Assembly: GCA_963823665.1 (NCBI GenBank)
Contig: CAWGMQ010000004.1
Location: 2,240,001-2,304,000, forward strand
Direction: 5' to 3'
DNA: 64,000 bases
Origin: an uncultured Planctomycetota bacterium
GTDB lineage: Bacteria; Planctomycetota; Planctomycetia; Isosphaerales; Isosphaeraceae
Of the stretch, positions 10,217 through 18,244 are shown one piece after another. Under the pieces are notes generated by a model. It was given only the letters and a program-made list of their open reading frames with translations. It was not told the origin of the DNA and searched no databases. The position numbers were made by a program, and so were the translations under genes. Positions within the stretch are counted from its first letter, which is position 1. Each line of letters starts with the position of its first letter.

Positions 10217-10456
10217 GATCAATCCTTGAGCGACGGAATAAAACAAGTCTCAAAGTTATCTTACATGCAACCACCTCAAAACAGCCACGCACCGCGCTCT
10301 TTCCCCAGTTTCCTAGAAACCCCCGGATTGGCTGGCCTGTTCTGACCAGCTCTACGGACGGCTCGACACGTATCGGAAAGCGAGAAGGTAACGGCTTGAA
10401 TCGGGTACAATCGGCAGGGTTGATTGACTCGGGCGGCCACTCGGCCGGAGAGCGCG

Positions 10457-11740
10457 ATGAAACAGGTTGATGTGCTTGACGGGAAATTCAACGTCACTCT
10501 GAGCCTGCCGGGGAGCAAGTCAATCACTCTTCGCGATGCGGTTCTGGCAAGCCTGGCCCATGGGCAAAGCGTTCTTGAATTCCCGGCCGACTGCGACGAC
10601 TTTTCGCGGATCTCCGAGGCGTTGATTCAGCTCGGGATTGCCATGAGCCCCGGAGCCGACGGCTCGGTGTCGATTCTGGGTACCGGAGGTCGCTTCCGTT
10701 CCGGGCCGGTGCTTCTCGATGCAGGATTGAGCGGTACAGCGGCTCGATTCCTGATTGCGCTGGCTCTGCTCAGAAGCGATGAAACCACAATCGACGGCCT
10801 GCCACCCTTGCGAGCCCGGCCCAATAAACATCTGATTGACGCAATCGCTTTTCTTGGCGCTAGAGTTCTGTCGACGAATGACGGCTACTTACCGGTCTCG
10901 ATTCGAGGTCCAGATGTCAGCAAGCGCACGATCAGGGTAAGGGGTGACCGATCGAGCCAGTATCTGTCGGCCCTCTTGCTGGTTGGTCCTCTGATGCCGG
11001 AAGGGCTCGAGCTTGACGTTGATGGGGAGCTCGTGAGCCGGCCTTATATCGACGTGACTCTACGCGAAATGCTCCGCTTCGGTGTAAGAGTCGAGCAAGA
11101 TGGCTATCGCTGGTTCCGAGTGCAAAGGCAGGCGTATCAGCCAGCCGTCGTTCGAGTAGAAGGCGATGCATCCGCTGCTTCGTATCACGCAGCGCTTGCG
11201 ACGATTCACGGAGGCTCGGTCACTTTTACCAATCTGGGAAAGACTAGCGCCCAGGGCGATTTTCGATTCCTCGAGATTTGTGAGATGCTCGGGGCCGTAG
11301 TAGATCGACGTGATGAGACAACCACAATCACCGGCCCACCGGGTGGACAAATGCGTCCTCTTCGGGCTGAGGTGAACATGGAAAGCATGCCTGACACCGC
11401 GCTGACATTGATCGCCATCGCGCCGCTCATACCCGGTGGTGCACGAATCACCGGTCTGGGAACGTTGCGAATCAAGGAATGCGACCGTATCAGCATTCCC
11501 GCGCAACAGCTCAACAAGATCGGTGTGAAAACCAACGAAGGCCCCGATTATCTCGATGTCAACGAGCTCCATCCTCGTCAAAACCTGCCCATCGTCTCGA
11601 TTGAGACACATGATGATCACCGAGTGGCAATGAGCTTCGCCATCCTGGGAACAAAACTAGGAAACCTGCAAATTCACGATCCGGCCTGTGTGGCGAAATC
11701 CTATCCGAAGTTCTGGGCCGATCTCGAACGTTTCAACTAG
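10457..11740 (+). CDS. aroA: 3-phosphoshikimate 1-carboxyvinyltransferase (EPSP synthase)
   Basis: LPGSKSIT, SGTAARF, SSQYLSALLL, SRPYIDVT, EGDASAASY, LRIKECDR, DHRVAMSF, KSYPKFW. Confidence 0.95.
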   Translation: MKQVDVLDGKFNVTLSLPGSKSITLRDAVLASLAHGQSVLEFPADCDDFSRISEALIQLGIAMSPGADGSVSILGTGGRFRSGPVLLDAGLSGTAARFLIALALLRSDETTIDGLPPLRARPNKHLIDAIAFLGARVLSTNDGYLPVSIRGPDVSKRTIRVRGDRSSQYLSALLLVGPLMPEGLELDVDGELVSRPYIDVTLREMLRFGVRVEQDGYRWFRVQRQAYQPAVVRVEGDASAASYHAALATIHGGSVTFTNLGKTSAQGDFRFLEICEMLGAVVDRRDETTTITGPPGGQMRPLRAEVNMESMPDTALTLIAIAPLIPGGARITGLGTLRIKECDRISIPAQQLNKIGVKTNEGPDYLDVNELHPRQNLPIVSIETHDDHRVAMSFAILGTKLGNLQIHDPACVAKSYPKFWADLERFN

Positions 11741-11878
11741 ATGGTCATAACGACAACGCCTGCTCGTGTTCCCAACCTGGCAACCGCGATTGCCAAATCT
11801 CCAAGTTGCGGTATTTTGATTCGCCAAGGCCGTTTCACGCCGGCGCTACGGAAGCTGTTTCATCATGGAGGAGGTCAC

Positions 11879-12643
11879 GTGCTGCGCCGCATGATTGAGG
11901 ATGTCACGCGCGATTGGGTCATTCGCAGAAGGCTGCCCGCTGACTTTCTGCGAGCATCGATCCACGTCAGTCCATCAGCAGGGCTACGCTACCTTTACCG
12001 ATCGATGGAAGACATCGATTCGGTACTCTTGAGTCTGGTCAAGGAATTTGTGAAGCCTGGCGCCGTCGTCTGGGACGTGGGAGCCAATGTCGGTTTATTC
12101 TCGTTTGCCGCCGCTAGTTTGGCGGGTCCGGAAGGTCAAATCATTGCGCTGGAACCGGACGCCTGGCTAGTACAGCTTCTGCGTCGTAGTGCTCGTCATC
12201 AGCCGGCCCGCTCAGCACCCGTGCAGGTCATTCCCGCGGCAGTTGCATCTCAAGTCTCCATTCGCACCTTGTGTCTTGCGACCAGGTCCAGAGCCGCCAA
12301 CTACCTTGCTGAGTTTGGAACGATTCAAACTGGCGGCGCACGTGAAGAACAATCTGTTGTCGCGCTGACGCTCGACTGGTTGCTCCAGCAGCTTCTGCAC
12401 CCGTCGGTTGTGAAGATCGATGTTGAGGGTGCCGAGATGGAAGTCCTCAAGGGCGCTGAGCGTCTGTTTGAGTCCGTCCGCCCTGTTGTCCTCTGCGAGG
12501 TAATTCCAGCAAGTGCATGCACCGTCACGGCATTTCTGCGGGCTCACAACTATCAGATTCTTGACGGCGAGACGCAGGGGCCAAACCGGAAGCCATTAGA
12601 AACGGCTCCCTGGTGTACGCTTGCCATCCCGAATCCGCCTTGA
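11879..12643 (+). CDS. FkbM-family SAM-dependent methyltransferase
   Basis: VWDVGANVG, LEPD, VKIDVEGAEMEVLKG; GGAGG precedes GTG 11879 (ORF track starts at 11741). Confidence 0.88.
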   Translation: MLRRMIEDVTRDWVIRRRLPADFLRASIHVSPSAGLRYLYRSMEDIDSVLLSLVKEFVKPGAVVWDVGANVGLFSFAAASLAGPEGQIIALEPDAWLVQLLRRSARHQPARSAPVQVIPAAVASQVSIRTLCLATRSRAANYLAEFGTIQTGGAREEQSVVALTLDWLLQQLLHPSVVKIDVEGAEMEVLKGAERLFESVRPVVLCEVIPASACTVTAFLRAHNYQILDGETQGPNRKPLETAPWCTLAIPNPP

Positions 12644-12756
12644 CCGGATTTCCATCCCGCGACATACTGCGACACCCCCGAATGCTCTTGCCTGAGATGG
12701 ATTCTTGGGATCGGGCTGCACCCGCACGAGTCACGGACGAGTAAAGCCTCGGGATC

Positions 12757-14340
12757 ATGATCTCCAACCTTTACTTGACGATCTTCGCGGTCGCGATGGC
12801 TGGCTGTGTGCTCACGACACCGCTCGTGACCTGGCTCGCCTCTTGGGTCGGCGCCATCGACCGGCCCGATCAATTCCGGCGCATTCATCAGGGTGCGATA
12901 CCCCGGTTAGGTGGGCTTGCACTAGCCCTCGGTGTCGTGCTGGGCATCGTCGTAACATTTCTGCACGAGCCATTTCGCGCTCGAGCAATGGACGAGCTTG
13001 CAGCGCAGCATCATTGGTCCGTGCTTGCGGCTGGGCTGATCATCCTGGTTGTGGGGTTTCTCGATGACACCCGGTCACTCGGACCAAGAACCAAGCTTCT
13101 CGGTCAAGCTCTGGCGGTCCTTGCACTCTATCTGGGTGGAATCCGCATTCAGTCGATCGAAGTGCTGAGCCTGAATCTTGATCTGGGCTTCCCGTCAGCC
13201 CATTTCAACGTTCTGGGACATTCGATTGAGCTCGCGCTGCCCAGTTTGCTCATCACGCTTTTCTGGTTTCTGGGTTGCATGAACATCTGGAATTTGATCG
13301 ACGGCATGGATGGTCTCGCTTCCGGCGTGGGCCTTCTGGTAAGCGGAACGTTGACGCTCGTCGCAATTCACAACGAGAACTACCAGATCGCCGTCATGGC
13401 CGTTGCTCTGGCCGGAAGTCTTGCCGGCTTCTTGCTCTACAACTGGCACCCTGCTTGCATTTTCCTGGGTGATAGCGGCGCTCTCTTGATCGGTCTGTTG
13501 ATCGGGGTGATCGGGGTCGAGGGTTCGATGGAAGGTCCCTCGGCCATCTCGATCCTGTTTCCCATTCTGGCAATGGGCCTGCCGATTTCAGACACGGCCA
13601 TGGCAATCTTTAGACGTTGGGTGCGCAACCTGCCGCTCAGTGCCGCCGACCGCCGCCATGTTCACCATCTCCTCATTGGGCTGGGACTTAATCCACGCCA
13701 GGCAGCGCTTTTGCTCTACTCCTTCTCGGCGGGCCTTTGCGGGGCCGTCATGCTCGGCGTTGCTCTTCGGAACGAATATCTAGCACTGGTACTCGGAATC
13801 TCCGGCTGTCTGGTCTTCCTGCTGATCGTCACGAGTCGCCGCGATGAACTCACCAGTCTCTGCGGCGATTTGCAGGATAGGATGAAACGCAAGCGACAGG
13901 AGCGGCAAGCCGCCAAGTTGGCCTGGGAGGCCATCCAGCGTGTCGAGCTTTGCGCGACGGAGGAGGACGCCTACAAGATTGTCAACGAAACCGCTCACAA
14001 GTTGGGCTGTGAGATGGTTCAGTTTACTTGCGAAAGTGATCGTTCGTACCCCCAGTATCGGCTTCAGAATTCGGGTGAGTCCAGAGGCGGCATAGCCGCG
14101 TTGTCGGGACCTTCGGCGATCTTTCGACTCTCCTCTGGCCAGGGACGGTGGCTCACCGTGAGCCTCTTCCTATCGCCCGATTCGTCCCCGGCGGCGGACA
14201 TCGTCTTTCGCTACCTGCAGCGCCTGTCTATTGCACTTGCTGACCGGCTGGACTGGCTCCGGCCGAGTGCGCTTGAGAACGTCACAAAAAGCGCTGCCGG
14301 TGAACCTCTGCCGTTTCCGGCTCCAGGAGCCGGGGCATAA
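12757..14340 (+). CDS. WecA/MraY-family undecaprenyl-phosphate HexNAc-1-P transferase with C-terminal soluble extension
   Basis: PRLGG, GFLDD, NLIDGMDGL, YNWHPACIFLGDSG, DRRHVHH. Confidence 0.9.
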   Translation: MISNLYLTIFAVAMAGCVLTTPLVTWLASWVGAIDRPDQFRRIHQGAIPRLGGLALALGVVLGIVVTFLHEPFRARAMDELAAQHHWSVLAAGLIILVVGFLDDTRSLGPRTKLLGQALAVLALYLGGIRIQSIEVLSLNLDLGFPSAHFNVLGHSIELALPSLLITLFWFLGCMNIWNLIDGMDGLASGVGLLVSGTLTLVAIHNENYQIAVMAVALAGSLAGFLLYNWHPACIFLGDSGALLIGLLIGVIGVEGSMEGPSAISILFPILAMGLPISDTAMAIFRRWVRNLPLSAADRRHVHHLLIGLGLNPRQAALLLYSFSAGLCGAVMLGVALRNEYLALVLGISGCLVFLLIVTSRRDELTSLCGDLQDRMKRKRQERQAAKLAWEAIQRVELCATEEDAYKIVNETAHKLGCEMVQFTCESDRSYPQYRLQNSGESRGGIAALSGPSAIFRLSSGQGRWLTVSLFLSPDSSPAADIVFRYLQRLSIALADRLDWLRPSALENVTKSAAGEPLPFPAPGAGA

Positions 14341-14367
14341 CGGCACGACTCTCCTAACGAGGCAACA

Positions 14368-16584
14368 ATGGACGGAATTCAGGTCCACAAAAGCTACGCG
14401 GCTCCGGCGGAATTCAGTAAAACAACACCGGCTTCACTTGCCATCAATCCGGCGGCGGCAAAAACGACGTCTCACTACCTGCGGGCCCTGCGCCGTCGCT
14501 TCTGGATGGTGCTCTCCATTGCCGTGCCCCTGGCGATCACCGGCTCGATTCTGGTGCTGAGGCTTCCGCCGGTTTATCTCGCCAAGGGTGAGATCGAGAT
14601 CAACCCTCCGGCCATCGACCCTGAGCTCTCGGCACTCATGACCCACGAGCCCGGCCGGCATGATCCGTCGGTTACCGCCAGCTATGTCCCCAACCAGGAA
14701 GCAAGGCTACGCAGCAAGGGGCTCGCCCAGGAGGTTGTGAATGAATTCTCTATCTCCATCGATCTGACGCAATTCGCCGACCCGGCATTCGAGCTCTTCA
14801 AATCGCTCAATGTGCTGCGGCTCAAGAACACCAATCTCTTCATCGTGTCGCTCGAAGGCAGTGACCCCGCACGCACGAAGAAACTACTCGACATGCTGCT
14901 GCTTCAGCTCCAGAAAACTGCAAAGCAGGAAAACACCGACAAGCTGGAAAAAGTAAAAGAATACGCTGAAAGCAGGCTAGCGACTCTTGTGAAAGAATCC
15001 AAGGCGCTCGATGAAACAGTCATGGCTGCCCTTGCAAAATCCAACACGATCGGGCCCGGCGGCCGCAGCATTCTTGAAGAGCGATTTGTGAATCTAGGAT
15101 CGATGATGTCGCAGAAACGGTTCAAGCTGGGCGACCTGCAGCAGCAGTTGGCGATGGCCCAACTGATGCCGAAGTACGACTTCGACCCCGAAGCAGGCAG
15201 CCGGGCTTCAAGGATCGCCGAGCTGAACCGCGTGAAAAAAACCTATACCCGCATGCTCGAAGAGATGCGCAGGCACATCCGCGGTTTTAACACAGATCCC
15301 TACGTTAAACGGCTGGCCGGGCGTCTCGATGACGTGCTGGACGAGCTCGAAGAGCTGCAATCGATCAAGAGGGAGAAGCTGTCAACGCCCAGCGAGGTGA
15401 TCATGGAGCAATGCAATCGCGAACTCGAAGCTGATCGCGAAGAACATGACAGACTTCTAGCCGACATGCAGAAGTCAATTCCCGAGCATCAGAGAATTCT
15501 CGCGATGCTCAAGGACCGTGAAGATCGTAGCCAGCAGATTGCCCACATGAAAGACAGGCTCATGCAGTTCGATATCTTGAGCCTGCAGGTCGTGAACAGT
15601 CCCTGCGTGAGAATTCCCTCAAGCGTCGTCGAGCCGACCGTGCCAATCAAGCCAAACCGGCCTCTTTTAATCGGTCTGGGCATCTTCGTCAGCTTCGCGC
15701 TCGGTATCTGCCTGGTTTGCCTGCTCGAGCATGTTGACTATTCCGTCAAGATTCCCGAGCACGCCTCCCATGGCCTGACCTTGCCTCTGCTAGGAGTGGT
15801 ACCGCGAATTCGCCGCTCATCACTCACCCATCGCGCAGGTCATCTCTGGACACACGCAACGCCCGACTCGATTGAAGCTGATGCCTACCGGAATATCCGT
15901 GCCAGTCTACTTGGAGTTGCTGACCGGAATGGCCCGATCGTCACGCTCTTGATCACAAGCGCCAAGGCCGGTGAGGGCAAGAGCACTACAGCACTTAACC
16001 TGGCCGCCACATGCGCCCGGGCTGGCGAGCGAACCCTCCTGCTCGATGTCGACCTGCGCCGACCTAGCCTGGCGGGAGTCTTCATCAATCAAAACTCCGA
16101 TGAAGAAACCCCTGGCCTGGTTGATGTCCTGCGGGGTGAGCTTCCCTGGCAACGCACTGTTCGCCATACCGAGCTTCCCAACCTCGACTTCATCCCGACC
16201 GGTGACACTCGATCCATTCCAATCGAAATCCTGGGCACACTCGAATTACGCCAATTGCTGGTCGCACTTTCGCATCATTACGACCGTGTCATTCTTGATG
16301 GTCCGGCCGTGCTCGGCCTCGCTGACTGCCGCGTGCTCGGCCGTATTGTTGACTCCTCGCTCCTGGTCGTTCGTTCCGGCGCGATGCAGTTAATTACGCT
16401 GCACCGCGCCAAGGCAATGCTTGAACAGTCGCGCGTCGCGATTGCCGGCATGGTCTTTAACGGGCTCTCGGAAGATCTCACCAACTGGTCCAGCTATGGC
16501 TACGAGCCGCTTTCATTCTCCGGGGGCAGTCCCGAATCCCCAGCCGATGAGCCTGAAGCTCTAGCAGTTGCCCGCGGCAGGTGA
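14368..16584 (+). CDS. wzc: Polysaccharide co-polymerase / tyrosine autokinase (Wzc/GumC-like)
   Basis: Two TMs flanking a coiled coil; PTVPIKPN; Walker A SAKAGEGKST, LDVDLRRP, ILDGPA. Confidence 0.9.
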   Translation: MDGIQVHKSYAAPAEFSKTTPASLAINPAAAKTTSHYLRALRRRFWMVLSIAVPLAITGSILVLRLPPVYLAKGEIEINPPAIDPELSALMTHEPGRHDPSVTASYVPNQEARLRSKGLAQEVVNEFSISIDLTQFADPAFELFKSLNVLRLKNTNLFIVSLEGSDPARTKKLLDMLLLQLQKTAKQENTDKLEKVKEYAESRLATLVKESKALDETVMAALAKSNTIGPGGRSILEERFVNLGSMMSQKRFKLGDLQQQLAMAQLMPKYDFDPEAGSRASRIAELNRVKKTYTRMLEEMRRHIRGFNTDPYVKRLAGRLDDVLDELEELQSIKREKLSTPSEVIMEQCNRELEADREEHDRLLADMQKSIPEHQRILAMLKDREDRSQQIAHMKDRLMQFDILSLQVVNSPCVRIPSSVVEPTVPIKPNRPLLIGLGIFVSFALGICLVCLLEHVDYSVKIPEHASHGLTLPLLGVVPRIRRSSLTHRAGHLWTHATPDSIEADAYRNIRASLLGVADRNGPIVTLLITSAKAGEGKSTTALNLAATCARAGERTLLLDVDLRRPSLAGVFINQNSDEETPGLVDVLRGELPWQRTVRHTELPNLDFIPTGDTRSIPIEILGTLELRQLLVALSHHYDRVILDGPAVLGLADCRVLGRIVDSSLLVVRSGAMQLITLHRAKAMLEQSRVAIAGMVFNGLSEDLTNWSSYGYEPLSFSGGSPESPADEPEALAVARGR

Positions 16585-16630
16585 GATCACTCACTCGGCC
16601 AGGCATCGCTGCACCAAGGAATCGCAAATC

Positions 16631-18199
16631 GTGAACCGGTACTCCAGAATCTTGACCGCAATCGATGCCCTTCTGACCACTCTCGTGGTGGCACTCGTCC
16701 TGGGCAGCGCACTCTGCTTCGGCGGTGCGGTCTGGTGGTTCCGTCCGGTGTTTGCGTCGCTTGCGCTTCTGCTGTCCCTGGCAATGCTCATCCGGCTGTT
16801 GCTCGAGCGACGTCTGCCCATCCTCAAGAGCCCGCTGACCTTGCTGGCGTTTCTCACACTCGGGCTGGGGCTCTTGCAGCTAACCCCACTGCCTGCCTCG
16901 CTTGCTTACCGGCTTTCGCCGAGAGCCCACGAGATCTATTCGCTGGGCGTGATTCCCGAGCTGGCACGTGCTGATTTTCCCTCGGTTGAACTGGGTGAGC
17001 CGGCTCAGATTCGCTCACCAGCAACACTCGACCGGGCTGCCACCCTGCGCTGGCTCTTTGGGGCCCTCGCATGCCTGGGAATCTTCTGGGCTGTCTCCCA
17101 TTTTGCAGATCGCCTCAAACGGCTTTATTTGGTGTGGGGCTGTGTGCTCGCGGCCTTTCTGATGAACGGGGCCCTTGACCTGGTACAAATCACAGGTGGA
17201 GTTGAAGGACTCTTCGGCTGCTACCGGCCAGGGGCAGCACCCTTCTGGGCACCATCGAGCAGTGACCTTCTGGATTCCCCTTCTTCAAGCAGCTTGCGCC
17301 GGTTGAGTGATGCGTCTCCCTCGTCCAGTAGAGCGGCTGTTCAACCTGTGGTGGTTGTTCCTGATGAGCCGGTTTTGATGGGAACGATGATGCCGAGCAC
17401 CGGCGCGTTTCTGGCCTTCGGCTCACTCGCCCTACCGCTGGGCCTGGCAATCATTCTACACATGCTTTCGGCCCGCGGCAGCCGTGAGACGCTCTCGACC
17501 CGCTTGAGCCATAAAGGACAGGGTAGCCTGATTGTGCTGCTCTTGATCCTGCTAGTTTCGAGTGCTTTTCTCGTGGGCATGGCTTCCGGGCCGAAATTCT
17601 GTCTACCTTTTCTGGTTGGCGTGGCGGCTGTCGGGCTCACGTCCGCTGCAGGTTCACGGGGCTGGGCCATTGGCTTGATGGTATTGCTCCTCGCCTCGCT
17701 GAGCTCAGGCGCAGCTTCGACCACCCTGTGGCGGATAATCGTGGGAGGGTCACCGCCGGTTGCTTCACTATCCTGGGAGCGAGCTCTGCTCCTCTGGACG
17801 GACAGCCTGGCAATCTTTCGAGAGTTCCCGATCGTCGGAACAGGTTTTGGAAGCTTTGGCGCGATTTATCCCTACGTGAAGACCCACGATCCGTCCTCAA
17901 ACACGGCCATGAGTAGCCTTCTCCAATGGACAGCGGAGTCCGGCGTGCTCGGCCTGATCCTTCTAATCACAGCCGCGCTGTGGGTTCTTCACCGCTTACC
18001 ACGTGTTACCAGGCACGTTGGATCCGCTGACCGCTCGCTTGCTTACGGCTTGATCGGAGCGGCCATTGGCTTTAGTCTATGGTCGGTCGTGCACTGGACT
18101 GTGGAGCTGCCTGCTGTTGCAATCTCAGCCAGCGCTCTGGGTGGAACCTGGAACCGCTGGCTGGCTGGTGGAACGGACTTGTTTGTCGACCGTGGGTAA
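16631..18199 (+). CDS. O-antigen ligase-family membrane protein (possible O-oligosaccharyltransferase)
   Basis: Many TMs; R...W...L.IFREFPIVGTGFGSF, LQWTAESGVLG; GTG start at 16631. Confidence 0.8.
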   Translation: MNRYSRILTAIDALLTTLVVALVLGSALCFGGAVWWFRPVFASLALLLSLAMLIRLLLERRLPILKSPLTLLAFLTLGLGLLQLTPLPASLAYRLSPRAHEIYSLGVIPELARADFPSVELGEPAQIRSPATLDRAATLRWLFGALACLGIFWAVSHFADRLKRLYLVWGCVLAAFLMNGALDLVQITGGVEGLFGCYRPGAAPFWAPSSSDLLDSPSSSSLRRLSDASPSSSRAAVQPVVVVPDEPVLMGTMMPSTGAFLAFGSLALPLGLAIILHMLSARGSRETLSTRLSHKGQGSLIVLLLILLVSSAFLVGMASGPKFCLPFLVGVAAVGLTSAAGSRGWAIGLMVLLLASLSSGAASTTLWRIIVGGSPPVASLSWERALLLWTDSLAIFREFPIVGTGFGSFGAIYPYVKTHDPSSNTAMSSLLQWTAESGVLGLILLITAALWVLHRLPRVTRHVGSADRSLAYGLIGAAIGFSLWSVVHWTVELPAVAISASALGGTWNRWLAGGTDLFVDRG

Positions 18200-18244
18200 A
18201 CCCACGCAGTATGGGTGTGGCTCAGGGAGGAGTCGATCCCCACG

